64,000 bases of DNA, taken from NCBI RefSeq assembly GCF_963853765.1, contig NC_088857.1, forward strand, positions 43,090,001-43,154,000, given 5' to 3'. Made by a program: the position numbers and the translations under genes. Under the pieces are notes generated by a model. That model was not told the origin of the DNA. It was given only the letters and a program-made list of their open reading frames with translations, and did no database searches. The DNA is from Magallana gigas. Lineage: Eukaryota. This document shows positions 1 through 13,470 of the stretch, piece after piece. The stretch's first letter is position 1, and each line of letters starts with the position of its first letter.

Positions 1-214
1 CCAGAAGGTGCATTAGGTACACATTACACACTAATGCCTCCAGAAAACTTTTATACATAAATATAGTTTAAATATAAAGGGTTTTTTTTCCATTACACAC
101 AGCCTAGAACATAAAAGGAACATTATTAGATATTAAAATATTTAAATATTGTTTCGTTAGAAAAGTAAAAGACAAGCAATACGGGATGCATTCTGTGTGG
201 TGTTTCCAAAAGTC

Positions 215-812
215 ACATTATGTTGCACTTTGAAGTGTGCAGAGTAACTCAGATGCCAGACTATTTGCTGATGATTGCCTGGTGTATCGACAGATCAGAA
301 ACCAGAGAGATGCAGCCGCACTACAGGAAGTTCTCGCTGGAAGGATGGGAACACAGGTGGCAGATGAGTTTCCACCCGGAAAGGTGCACGTTATCCAGAT
401 CTCGAACAAGAGACAGCCACTGCAAACATCCTATACTCTGCATGGACACCAGTTGCAAGTTGTTGAGAGTGAAAAGTACCTTGGCGTAATTATCTCCCCG
501 GATCTTCAGTGGACGAACCACATCCATACCACCATAGGCAAAGCTACAAGAAAAGTAAGCTTTCTGAGAGGTAACTTGGGCCAATGCACACCATCAGCGA
601 AAGACAACAGCATACTGTACATTGATCAGCCCAGCGATCGAGTATGCTTCTTCCGTGTGGGACTCCCATCAAGCCACACTTACCAAAGAAGTTGAGCAGG
701 TACAACGAAGAGCTGCCAGGTTCGTATACAACAACTATAGTGACACCTCCCCTCGTTGAGTAACCAGATTCCTGCACCAATTTGAATAGGATTCCCCAAG
801 CATGGGAGAACT
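215..812 (+). pseudogene. 5'-truncated, frameshifted non-LTR retrotransposon (CR1/L2-group LINE) reverse transcriptase C-terminal fragment
   Basis: Pieces across frames: DARLFADDCLVYRQI (YADD-type RT motif), W..RWQMSFHPERC, EKYLGVIISPDLQWTNHI, then IEYASSVWDSHQ..EVEQVQRRAARFVYNNYS. These are typical LINE RT/thumb motifs with at least 3 frameshifts. Confidence 0.9.
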
Positions 813-820
813 ATTATATC

Positions 821-2277
821 AAATAAACAACATTTGCAAATGCATGTGCAAATAATTCATTTAAAAATATGACTTCAATCCGCTTCTCAGTCTTCAATTG
901 CAATAAAAAACAAAATGTCCTCACTGTGTACATTTGCAAATAGTGTTCCGATGTAGAAGTTAGATCAGTTGCATAGTTTTTATTTTTTGTTTTTACAAAT
1001 TGCAATCCCGTCTTGTCTTTATTTTGTTTTCTAGACATCGTATATAAAGAATCAGTCATGAAATGCAACTTCGGTGAATTAGATTGCGTCAACCATAAAG
1101 TGAATACATGTAAAACAATAATAAAGGAAAATTCTGACCATTGATATAAAAAAGAGGTAATATAGCTTGGACATACCCTGATTTGAAGTACAAACTTTAT
1201 GAAACAAGGAAGTTGGTAAAACCAATCCTTATTGTCATATAATCTATTTCTCAGAGGTTCAACAAACGAAAAATGACAACGTTTTGCAGATTTCCGACAT
1301 GAGAGACGTTTCCTGGTTCAAACTAGAAACTTTGACTTTGAATGTCATGAATGAGAAAAAGAAAAAATCAAACAGAGAAGTAAAACGTTCACACAAAGTC
1401 GCCCGCTTGTTCCATTGCAATTGGCTGAAGGTGCAAAAATTCTAACATTAGGCGAGCATGTTCCAATCTTTCAAAATAGAGATTGATTCAGAGTTATTGC
1501 TCTTTGCATATGTATGATTCGTACACATTTCATCAATACTTTCACACTTTAGAGGTTAAGACGTAAAAGAAAAATTGTGTGTTAGCATTTGCGTTCATTT
1601 TAATGTAAATCAATCATTCTTTATTTTCTTTATTCTATTTCTTATTTATATATACAGATATGACACCGTGCAACTTAAACATGATTATATGCAATTTACA
1701 TTAAATAAAGAAACAAAACAAAAACCCGAAATAGAGAATGTCAAGTGTAAAATATTTCTCACACATGTATTGTATTTTGTTTATAGTCCATGATAAATTT
1801 GTACAAACATTTCTAAGGATAAAAATCTTTAAAGAATTTACAAAAAAAGATATATATATATATAGAATCTTACATAATTAACTTTTTGAAAGATCAATTC
1901 AGGTCTGTAATATAAAAATACTTTTAATAATTTTAGTATATGTTGTTTTCGTATTGAATCACTGTAAACCTCATTTTATACTATACTATTAAAGAAAGGC
2001 AACGGTATCTTATCAAATTCAATTTAGGGAAACACTCAAAATAAACACGGATGATGTGAGCGATAGTGACCAATCTAGACAGTATTGGAATAGTTATCCG
2101 CTGAGTATTTTCAGATGATTTGTGCACACTTGCTGTGGTTGTACATCATTATTGTCCTCACCATTGTAAATGCCGCTTAGAGTCATGTACACAAACATCG
2201 CTTGTTGCTTATGTAAATAAAGAACCTCTATTGAGCCTAACCTGGGCATTTGTCATTACTGTTTAATTCAAATGACT
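821..2277. repeat. Diverged local duplication, copy 1 (paralogous to about 23880-26590)
   Basis: Collinear shared blocks, e.g. GACAACGTTTTGCAGATTTC, CTAGAAACTTTGACTTTGAATGTCATGA, GCGATAGTGAC.AATCTAGACAGTATT, TAACCTGGGCATT.GTCA.TACTGTTTAATTCAAAT.ACT. Confidence 0.9.
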
Positions 2278-4995
2278 TTTTAAGATGTTATTATGAATGA
2301 CACCTTAAATATAAAAGATGAAACTGATCCATTCAAAGAGAGACCAAGAACTTGAAAGTCTTTTCAAAATAACTAAAACACGATCAAAGTTTGTAATCAA
2401 AGGCAAAGTTATTGATTGTAACAATATATATATATATATGATTAAATCATGTAATGACTACCTCCTTTGGTGACTCAATTAGGGATTGTAGGGACAAAAG
2501 TCCCTTAAATTATGAAATTTAATAAAATTTGTCTAAAGAGAAGACATATCTTCTTAAATACTGTGGAAAAGATTTTTTTGTAATGTTTGTTTGAATCGAT
2601 ACTGCCAATCAAAACGCCAACAACTGTACCTATTCAGGACACACATAACCGGCCCCTAAAAGTCAATCTCTTGTATCTAGAAAAAGAACGACAGTGTTAG
2701 ATATGTGTAAAAAATATTCACTATTTTTTAATCCTTTCATATGATATCCAAAAAATTGGAACTGATTCCTTAAATATGGGGTCAAGAAGTTCGTAAAGTC
2801 TTTCAAAAAATAACTTTAAAACGATCAAGATTTTGTTATGAATTACAGTTGTCATATTTTGGATACTTCATTAAAAAAACTGATCAGATTAAAAACAAAC
2901 TTTTAAAAAATTCTGAAATACAAAACAAATCTATTCATCATCTTTGATATTTGATCTCTCACAGCTTAGTTGGAAAATTCTTATTTTATGTAAGGGACAG
3001 ATTTTTTTCATTTATATTTATTTACTATATTTTTCAAATTCTTACTCTAATTTCTATTGTTTATTTGTCCCTTCAATGAAATGTTATAAATGAGGACAAT
3101 GTGTAAAAAAAAAAAAATGCTGGTTTGTATGACGTCACATACATGTATCTTATAAATTTAAATGTAGGTATCTTGTAATATTTCAATTCAAATCTTAAAA
3201 AGGAAATACGCTTTGTTTAAACATTCTTAAAATAACGTGATTTATACTTTGTGCTTATAGCACAGTGTATGTAAAATCTAGTTTGATTCGGCATACTTTA
3301 TCATTCATGTAAGAAGATGAAAATTGTATCTGAAAGTAAATTTAAAGGAACGTTGAATATACAGTTTAATATAGTGTGTGTGAAATATAAGGTATTTGTT
3401 GTTTTAAGTTTGTAATTGTTTTATGGAATAGTGTATTCATGGGAGGTTTTTTTTGTTATTGAAATGAAAACATGTCTGAGGTAAACTCTTCTGCATCACA
3501 TGCTTTTGCTTGAGCTGTTTATATTCACTCAAGTTACCTATATTTCTTTAAAAGTTCGTCGACAAAAAAAATGACTGTTTTATTTCATTTGTTAGCAAAC
3601 TACAAATCTTTGAATAGGTTGATAGATTCATTCAACCAACGTCAGAAAATTGGGCATCTGGGTGAATCTAAACTGTTTTTGTCTATTTAGTATTCTTTGT
3701 AGTTCTCAGATTTTGTTGGATTATGGGATTTTCGTTTGAACTACCCGGAAGTTTTGAACATGCATTATTTTTAAATGCATGATTTTTAGAACCAGTTTAG
3801 GTCTGTAAAAGCAATGACTTTAAAGTTGTTTATTATCTAATGCTTCGTAGCTATTTGAAATATTTTTTTTTCTTATGACAATTACAATAAAAAGATCATG
3901 AATGATTAAATACTTTTAAAAAATTGTAATATATATTAAGTTATATATCAAATTAAATGTTAAAATATATAAACAATAAATAAGACAAAGTTTGTCATGA
4001 GGTGTTCAGCCAACGTATATACTAGTTCCTTTACACTAAGAAGTCAAATGTATTCATAAACCACAACATACAAATCAATGCCATCGATTTCATTTGCTGC
4101 ACGTTTAACAGATTAATTAAACATATTTATTGATCATTGAAAACGAAGTTGGTGTTACCAAAGAAAACACAAAATCAATAGGAAACTAAAGTTCAGTGAA
4201 AACATGTAAACAAATGTTCAGTATGCATCTTTATTCTTTACAAATTAATTTCAGGAAACCCATACATATAATGTTCCATATTTGATATGCAGTTTGTTAA
4301 TTTTTACTTTTTGACAAAAAAAAATTTCAATAAATATTGTCATTCCATAATGACGAATCATAAAAGAGTACATGAGATATATAAAATGGATATATTTACG
4401 CACAGGACTACTATGTATCATCGACTGTTCTTATTTGCAACTTACTTTTTCTGCAGTAATTGGTAAATAAGAAGTGTTCATACGGCAATGTTTGTAAGGA
4501 GTGTGTATATATAAAAGCCTAAAATGTCTATAATAGAATTTAAAAAGCATCGTTATCTTTAAAAAAAAAAAAGACTAGTAAAGCGTTTTCAATAACAATA
4601 GGTATAAAATTATTTGTTAAGAAAAGTTGAATAACAATATAGTATATAACAGTTGACAGTGTTTACAAGCGCTTAGCATTAAGCTTGATGGAACTACAAT
4701 TAACGCGTTGTAAACTATGTGTAGTGCAGTTTATTCAACTAACAGATAATTAACACCAACATGTGTTGGCGCAACTTCTTTTTTATCTTAAAAAAGGTTT
4801 ATCGAACTGACCCTATCACTACATACATAACATTTGGGTGCATTTAACACATTATTAAAATTAGATAGTTCATAACAAACTTCAGAACACAGGTGAACAC
4901 ATAAATGCAATGTAGTCATCACAAGACAGACCTTACTAAGACTTATTTTGGTTTATTGTGCCCCTTAATACAAGATGATCTGCATTTCATTCTTT

Positions 4996-6501
4996 TCACA
5001 TTTCAAAGTTCTTGAATCTGCTTGGTAGTCGTCTGGTACGTTGGAGACGGGTAGATATAGGTAACTGGCTTGTAGAGCATGGAAAGTTTCCTAGTGGACC
5101 CAAAAGAGCTTCTGAAAGCCCAGGGTCTACGCTGATGCATTTATTTGAGTAATTGTGAGGGAGAGGGGACATGGTCTCTAATGAGGTTGGTAGTATATTA
5201 TCGGGATAAGATGGAAGTTCTTTTGGTGGGCTGTTCTGGTGATGTGACACTTCAATGAGCTCTTCCTTCTCCGACTCGGTGTCACTGGTATACGGTAAGT
5301 TTAGCATAGTAGGGGAACAAATTAGCATTCTGATCTTTTCACTTTGTATTAAGACTGTCGTAGCTGATTACCGACAAATTTTCTTATTTGGCACCACTCT
5401 CTATCAGCTAATACAAAGAGATACCGGTTCCTAGCTTTTGCCTTATTTATATCGCAATCTAGGTACACCATGTCTCCGACCTACACTGAAGGGTAAGATA
5501 AGTATTTTAGGTGAAGGGCTTTAGATCCTCACTGCTGGTGTAATTGGCTTTGCGAGTCTGGTGTGTCTGTAGTAGGAGCTCCCGGTCTGATATAGGCAAT
5601 TGTCGATTTGTAAACTGGTCCCTTTGAGTAAGCATCTCCCTTGCAGACAAACCCCTTTATTAAATCGAACTGTTACGGTTGCAACACCAAGCGATAACAG
5701 CAGAGAGAATACCGCTCTTGCGATGGGATCAATTCTCGGTATATGTTCCCGTCTTCTTGGACTGCACGTTCTGTGACTGGGTTTTTTGCCATTCTTGAGG
5801 CGTCCGAGCTCAATTGAGATCCGATGAAACTTTAAAATTAGATCATTGGCCAATGCTTGAAATCCAGGGGATGGATCAGTACGAACAACAGCAAAGGGGC
5901 CATCCCTGGGTCTTAGCTCTATACAGAATTGGATGATTGCGAGACGGAGTGTCTCGGCTTTCTCGTCCTCAATAATTAGGGCAGTAGTGTAAGAGGAACA
6001 GCATTCCCGCATAATAAATATGAGCTGTGTTTCTCGCTTCATAACGTCAGCAGCAAATGTGCTGCCAATGATCTCAGGTGGATCAGAATTTTATCTGTTG
6101 AGTAGCAAAGTGTAAGACTTTCTTGAGTGCTGAGCATTGAGAACAAGCCGCTGTAATACTATCAATGGCTTTGTCCATATCCAAAGCAAAGACGAATCCT
6201 TTCATCACAATTCTCATCTGGTGCACTGGGATGAAAGAGTTGTAAATGAATTGATGTAAGAATTCTGTGAAGTACTGATCTTGATGATAATGATGAGCTC
6301 TTTTGCTGACACAAATGGTTCATTTTGCTGACAACAAGCACTAATTATAAATAGGTTAATTCTAACATATGCTTTGGCGTAGTATGATATTTTCTTTACA
6401 AATATGATTCGCATAGCATCGATGAACATGCCTGGTTCTATACGAAAGTACTTACTCTGACATAAAAAAAGTAACAAATAGGAAAATTCACTATTAAACA
6501 C
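4996..6501 (-). mobile_element. Decayed LTR retrotransposon (Ty3/Gypsy-like) pol fragment: zinc-finger region, DDE integrase core and C-terminal tail
   Basis: TFAADVMKRETQLIFIMRE (D1), VVRTDPSPGFQAL (D2), and KNPVTERAVQE (E) after a frameshift. Downstream: RNRYLCIS.DREWCQIRKFVGNQLR and a terminal RTRRLPSRFKNFEM*. Frameshifts and stops present; no LTR recognised. Confidence 0.8.
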
Positions 6502-6548
6502 GCTAGTCTTGAATTAAAAAAAAAGTGAGAAGCTGTCAATGTGACAGC

Positions 6549-7202
6549 AAACCGGGTTTTCTTTTATGTGAACTGTATCCATAATCCATGTCAACCCATA
6601 TCCAGTGAAATGGAGTACCCTATATGCAATATTTTGCCAAAAACTAAAAAATCAGAAGTCAAACTCCTAGCAATATGCACACCTCCGATATATGTACAAT
6701 TAATCTGCATAAGAACAACTTCCTATCTTGAAAACTGTAGGAGGAGTTATCCGTGCAATAAGGGTACCCTATATGCAATATTTTGCCAAAAAATGGCCAA
6801 GTTCAAAAGCTGGTATTTTTTTCATAAATTATCGGAAATCAAAATCCTAGCAATATGCACACCTCTGATATATGTACAATTTATCTGCAAAAGAACAACA
6901 AATTCCTATCTTGAAAACTGTAGGAGGAGTTATCCGTACAATTAGGGTACTCTATATGCAATATTTTGCCAAAAAATGGCTAAGTTCAAAAGCTGGTATT
7001 TTTTTCATTAATTATCGGAAATCAAAATCTTAGCAATATGCACATTTCTGATATATGTACAATTGATCTGCAAAAGAACAACTTCCTATCTTGAAAACTG
7101 TAGGAGGAGTTATCCGTACAATGAGGGTACCCTTTTGGCAGCCGCCCGCCCGCCATTTTCACCATTTTAATAACCGGATTTTTCCGATGGAAAACCCGGT
7201 TT
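6549..7202. mobile_element. Helentron-associated non-autonomous element (HINE/DINE-1-like) carrying a satellite-like tandem array
   Basis: 5' AAACCGGGTTTTC (6549-6561) is the reverse complement of GAAAACCCGGTTT (7190-7202). There is a 3' stem-loop at 7172-7201, a (GCCC)n microsatellite at about 7141-7154, and internal tandem units starting at 6615/6764/6947/7127 (149, 183, 180 bp) containing TTGAAAACTGTAGGAGGAGTTATCCGT. Confidence 0.8.
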
Positions 7203-7752
7203 ATAAAACTGTGTCATACAAATTGTCTTTTTTGGTTTGCTATAAGGTTCAAAATGGCGTTTATATCAAATATATAGCTTTTGTTAAATTTTAATGAATG
7301 ATAAAGAGGGAAGCAAATTGACATTTAATTCTAGAACCAAAACTCAAGGCACAAAAGAAAGTTGATCTGACATACAATCTGTCTGAATGTTGTCTATTTT
7401 AATCAAGAACGTGCATTAGCATGATCATTTTTATACATTCTTTACACAAAATCTTTGCTGGAAATTCAATTGGTGACTTTATAATTAAAATCGAAAAGGA
7501 CTTCGACTCTTGATATGTTTTTGTTGTTCTTTTGTGAATCCGTGACAAGTTGAAAAGCTGTAATCCTTCTTTATATCATATACCTGGTGGTGTATCAGCC
7601 CTGATAGACATGTTTTGGACTAGGTGAGACAGCAACCAATAGCTAGGGCTGTATCGCCCTTGGGGCTGATATTTCTTTGTCTCAGCCCGTCGTCAAGGGG
7701 GTGTATTGCCCTCAAATTTATGTTTGAAATATATCTGCTTTGATTTCAACTA

Positions 7753-8664
7753 CAGTCGCACCTGTTTTAAGCGGCCACCTGTGGGACAATGACAAACTGG
7801 CCGCTAAAGACACGTGGCCTCTTATTCCAGGTTTCAAATTAATAAAAAAAAAAACACCGAGTATTTTCATTTTGGCTCTATTGCACAGATTTATTAATAG
7901 CATATGTAATGGCGGCGTACACGGAGATGGTGCATGCACAGCTCGGATTGATGAATAAAAAGTTTAAATTAATTTTAAATGACCGTTTTAATTCCATGTA
8001 TCTATCAAAGGATTAAGAGCAAAACATTTTCTACTAAATACGCCCAAATAATAATTTTCAAGTGATTAAATGCGGTAAACAAAGATGTAGCGTTTCCGTA
8101 CACAGGGTTTATGCTGAACTACGATAGCCAATGTTTTACCTCTTTAAAAAGTATCAAAATTCCATTGGGATATATAATAAACACCCTTTTATTCTATCAA
8201 AGAAATTTTATAGAAAAAAGGTGCGTATTACCGGCTGTACATGCTGTTTAGCGCAAGACTGGCCATTTAATAACTTTGTAATGAAGTATATAAGTACTTG
8301 TAGATATATAAACAACACTAAACAGGTGTTATGATAATCAATTATCTCATTAAATCTCAGCAGTCTTCAAATTACCCACTCAATTATTTGTCATTAACTC
8401 ATTATCAGCTTTCGAAGTTTGGCTACTTTCGATACGGGGTCACATGTCAGAGTTAAAAGTCATGTGACAAAACAGACAAAATGGCCGTTGAAAACAGGCA
8501 TGTTGAAACCACGGGACCTAAAAACAGTGGCCGCTGTCCGCGTTAGACAGGTGGCCGCTTAAATCAGTTAAAATATAGTGAAAAACTAAACGGGCGGGAT
8601 TGAAACTGGCCGCTCGTGGCGAGTGGCCGCTGATTAAAGGTGGCCGTAACAGCAGGTGCGACTG
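7753..8664. mobile_element. Tc1/mariner-pogo-type non-autonomous TIR element (MITE-like), 912 bp
   Basis: TA target duplications at 7751-52 and 8665-66. The TIR starts CAGTCGCACCTG (12 bp identical) and continues to CGGCCACCT; several subterminal (T)GGCCGC motifs. Confidence 0.9.
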
Positions 8665-11600
8665 TAGTTTGTGAAATAACGATAGAATAACAAATAAATT
8701 AATAATATGTATTTCGTACACATGTAAATTGATTTCAGCAACAAAATGATTCTAAATATTTCCAATAAAGAATATGTAGGCCAATGCAAAGCGAAAGTCT
8801 AACAATTAACATACAACCCATTGTTCCTATAAGATGACATCTCTATTTTGAATTTCATTGATTTTTTTTATAGTTTCCTATTCGTCGAAAGATATTCACA
8901 TTTGGGTATATGACAAAATGCATCGCAAGCTATAACTGCATTACCCACATTGTGTATTTTTTTTTACAAACACAACAATTTTGATTTTGAAAAGACTTCT
9001 TAATTTTTCTTTTCTTACTCTTGAAATAATTAACGTGTACCTATGTACAATCCCCTCTCCCCCAAGTATTTTAACGATAAATCCTACTTTTTACACATTA
9101 TTTTCGAGCAGTTCATTGACAAAACTTGACATTGATCAACAAACATTTTTCAAATAAATTATCAATTCAACGTAATAAATTAAACATTTCACGTAAATAT
9201 ATGTTGCAAAACTTTTCCAAAAGTAAGACTCTTGAAAATACACAAGTAAGACAAAGACTCATGCTGAAATTATGCTTAGTTTGTCAATTTGGTAATGTAT
9301 GTATTATTCTTAAGGGGATAAAACACTATAGCCTCCTTGCTTATGGTAACACATTTCTGATCAATGATCATGCTATATAAGAGACATGTTGTATCATAAA
9401 AAAGTTGTAATGAAAAGATTGATTTTATCAAAATAATCGAATCTAGTTACATTAATAGGATTCTGTATAATATTTTGCTCTTTTGAGGCCAGTACACTAT
9501 CATACTGGGAAAACAAAGCCGCAACTATATGTATTTATTTGTCAGAATTCGGTATTAGAAATGAGCTTCTCGGTCTTCCGACAGAAACTTTTTTAACCAA
9601 ATACCCCATACAATGTAATACAATGCTGACACAAATAAGGATTAATCGCTGTTTCTTTTTGGTTTAAAATTTGTTTTCAACTTCATATATGACTCTTTAG
9701 CAAGTACCTTTCTCAACGCGATATATTAAATATTGTCTGTATAATTTTGATTGCATGTGTACTCAAATAAAATGAGCAAGAGACTAAGAACGTCAATAAG
9801 AAAGCGATTGTAACTTAAACCTTATTCATATAATGGTCGACAAAACAATTATGAACAAAATATGCTGTGGATACGTCTTGCACATGGTACTACAACCAAG
9901 GAAGTAGAACTTTACAAAAGAGAATCCGCAATCAATAATTAAATGCAGAATTTAAATATATATAAATGGTGTCAATGCCACGTGCATTTAACATGTTGTC
10001 TTGGTAGATCTTGTATTCGGCAAAAGATATATCAACAAACATTCAACAAATCTATAGAGAGAAGTCCTTGTAATCATTCCTTTTTTACCAACAAAAACCC
10101 TTTAAAGTAGGACACCCCTATCGGTCTGTTTCTTTTATATTACTATGATTTAAACCAGTAGTATAAATGAAAATAATCTAATTTTTGTTCTAACTTTTGT
10201 TATTCACGTTTTAGCAAATGTTAAAATATTAGTCACCTATAAAACAAAGTCTTAAGAAAAGTAAGACACGGAGAAAACGCATTACGTTAAACATTTTTTC
10301 AATTGTGTTTTATGTCTATTTTAATTTAAATGTATCATACATATATCAAAATTTTTGTCGACATCAAGATAAATGGGAACTTATTGTATATGATAAATCA
10401 AACTGATATGCTTATAGACTGTTTTGATTTATTGTAATAGAAAAAAGATAGCTTGTTAGAAACTTGAGTCGGAGTTCTAAACAGTTTTCCATAAAAGCAA
10501 TGTGGGCCAAGGGTGTTTTGTTTATTTATGTTGAATCACCAATGTCAACAAAGAGGGGACCTAAGTCGCCAGTATGTCAGTTGTCCTGGGTATATAGAAA
10601 TAACATAAAAATACTTTTGTTTGTTTGTGTGAAATAACATCCGTAATGATAAGCAATAAATAAACATCTTTGAATTCAACGGTCTTTGCTAGGCAGAGCT
10701 TTTTATTCATTCACCATTGATGATTGTTGTGTAACAGAAAGTGCATTCAATCAACATTGAATTAGAGCCCCTTAACAACTGCAGACCTGAAATCATGTGT
10801 GGCTGAAAAATATGAATATTAATTACTTTGTGAAACAAGATACAAACTAAGGTACATAATGTATCTTCGAAAAAAAATTGTGTAGTAAACAAATTTTTGT
10901 GCCATTACCTACATGTACCTGTCAAAAAACGTCAGAAAGTTATGAACAATTTAGTTTTTCCTTTAGTGACAACAAAGTTTTAGAATTCTATTGAGAAAAA
11001 GACATAAAAAAAACCTAAATTGCAGTACTTAAAAACTATCTAAAGTATTTTCTTTTAAATGTTTTATATATTCAATGAAGAAATATGTAATATAAATTAA
11101 ACTGTCCAAAGAATTCTCAAATCGATTATTTAAATCTGGGTTTGCTTTGTATCTCATTGATAGAGAAATAACTGTTTACTTTTAAACTGAATTGTGACCA
11201 AAGACAGACAAACAGACGGTCGGAAGGACAGACAGACAGACATAATTGATTAAATTAATACAGACTGAGTTTTTTTAACCCAGCTAAGAATTATGTCAAA
11301 TTTAAAAAGCTAACAACAAGACACAACAAACGTAGTTATGGTACAAAAAGTAAACAGCTAAAAATATCTCTCAAGATGTATTTAAATGTCGTGTCGATGG
11401 AATCAACACACTTTAAGGGAACCATACAACATGGTAAGACTTTCTTTTTCTAAAGCCACTGAGTTAATCACAATCGGCTGCATTTCAGATTGTTGATTGT
11501 ATGTAGGAAAAAAATTGCTTGACTATTGAATTCTGCATTATGTTGCATTCGGGGTAAGTGTTTATTCAATTTACTTAACTAAAACTGTCAAAATTTATTT

Positions 11601-12648
11601 CATTGAAGAATCGAATGAAAAAATGTTTTTAAAAAACTGTATGGTATTTGAAATGATAAAAATTATAAAAATTTAATGTTTGAATAAAATTGGCAAAAAT
11701 TAGTGTTGATCGATTTTTTGAGATCTTTACTGTTATAGTTTGGGAGTAGGCTAACAAGAATATGAAACAAAGGGTAGGAGTATGTACAACAATTTCTTTT
11801 CATGAATATCAAATTCTTTATTAAGGAATAAAGAACCATTCTTTAGCTTTTATTTGGTGATCATTACAGTCGGTCAGATGATTAATCCAATGAATCCCAA
11901 ATGCCTTTATCATAGATTCACGTATCGACTGTAAATGTTTTAAAATGGTATTACTTATATTTCCAATATTTAGAATTAGTGTAAAATTTAAGTTATCGAT
12001 ATTTTATTACATTATCTTTATAATGCTAACACGGATTGTGCCCAAACAATGTACGTCATCAAACATATCGAATGTTTGAAGTTTTAACAACGTGACTACA
12101 ACGTTACTTATTAATGTTTCACCGATGAATTTATTGAAATATAAATAAAACATTTGACTTCTTGTTTTTATTACAGAATAACTGCAATATATAAACATAA
12201 TTTTTTGACACTATGTGTTAAAGAACAGTCCTTAGTGATGGACGAAACTGTTTCTTTATTTCATTATGCTGATTGTACTCTCAGAAATGTTTTTAAACAA
12301 AGTGTATCGTTTGATCTGTTGCTTTTCAATGGCATCACTAACATTACACTCGCCAAAATCCAAAACAAAATTCCTTTACAAACGCACAGGAGAGGATAAA
12401 TCAACAGTTAAAGTTCGGCTTTTCCGTCGATCCTTTGTTTTACATTCCTAGATACATGTATATCCAACAAAATCTTAGGAAAACATTTTATTAATTGCCT
12501 AAGAATTGTTGGTGTTTTTGTTTCATTTTCATTTCTTATAATGCAAAGTTAAGAAAGAACTTATTAGTGAAAGATTATTTCACTAATAGCTATTGATTGG
12601 ACAGATACATAATAATATATTTTTATGGAAATTATTTCACACTTTGTA

Positions 12649-13105
12649 CAGTACCGATCAGACCCAATTGCAACCTAACAGAAAGTAAACACCAACTAAA
12701 CCCTGGGTTTACTTTCTGAGTTTACTCCGGGTTTACTAGAGTGGACCCAGAGTAAACCCAAAGAAAACCCAGAGTGGACACAAAGATAAAACCCAGTCAG
12801 AAGTATACCCCTGAAAACAGACGCTAACTGTACATGTGTATTTGGAATAAACAAGGGGCAGGAATAACAGGCAGTAGGTTGTTAAGATAAAAGACGGGTC
12901 TGCTTCACACTTCAGTGCGTACAGTTGACCTCAAAAGCAATTTCCAAGTAAATCCAAAGTTAACCCCGAGTAAACCCAAAGTAAATCCCGAGTGGACCCA
13001 AATTTTCAAAAAGTAAACCCAGAGTAAACCCAAAGTAAACCCCAAAAGTGAACCTGGGTTTAGTTGGGGTTAACTCTGGTGTTAGGTTGGGTCTGATCGG
13101 TACTC
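12649..13105. mobile_element. TA-flanked MITE with internal ~11-bp repeat arrays
   Basis: TA at 12647-48 and 13106-07. TIR (C/G)AGTACCGATCAGACCCAA..CCTAACA. Arms are filled with AGTAAACCC/GGGTTTACT repeats. Confidence 0.85.
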
Positions 13106-13184
13106 TAGATGGTGCTTTGTAAAAGGCTAACATGTAATATTATCCTGAAGATATTTACAATAGTGTTTGCTTTCATATTGACAG

Positions 13185-13259
13185 AATGTACATGAAACGA
13201 TTGCGAATGTTTCTGAAAATTCCAATGAATGTGACAACCCTGAGCGAATGCAGAAATCG
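13185..13259 (+). CDS. Candidate upstream exon A of the chitin-binding membrane protein gene (NVHETIANVSENSNECDNPERMQKS)
   Basis: Acceptor tttcatattgacAG, donor GTactt, 75 nt, phase 0-0, open. Same length, ends and donor as the 17265-17339 exon-like unit. Confidence 0.6.
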
Positions 13260-13422
13260 GTACTTTTTAGTATAAAAATATATGTTATAATAATATAATA
13301 TTATATTTTACTTTAAACATTTTTTTTAAAAACATTCAACTGCATGGGATGGTAGCTCAGAATATTTATCATTTTGTTTTTTTTATAAAACAGTTTTTGT
13401 CATAAGCTTTTTATCGCTGTAG

Positions 13423-13470
13423 GATGCTTGGTATGGTCATGTTCAGAAAATGCAAGACAGTGGTGTTCAG
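13423..13470 (+). CDS. Candidate upstream exon B (DAWYGHVQKMQDSGVQ)
   Basis: Acceptor ttttatcgctgtAG, donor CAG|GTagga, 48 nt, phase 0-0. Resembles exon 18246-18299 (Y..V..VQK). Confidence 0.6.

Noticed and set aside
6541-6945. 134-aa ORF with internal repeats
   Set aside because: It is a translation of the HINE satellite array, not a gene.
6615-7130. Regular repeats as a possible CRISPR-like array
   Set aside because: Units are head-to-tail with no unique spacers, and the context is eukaryotic.
11206-11242. (GACA)n/(GACG)n-like run as a HINE end
   Set aside because: No accompanying stem-loop or subterminal inverted repeat found.
11875-11932. TA-CAGTCG...CGACTG-TA mini element
   Set aside because: Only 8-bp arms; could be chance or an unrecognisable MITE remnant.
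12239-12300. MDETVSLFHYADCTLRN as first coding exon for exon A (and MDDGLQRVYDSTDA at about 16819)
   Set aside because: No convincing phase-0 donor; the start of the long isoform is left unresolved.
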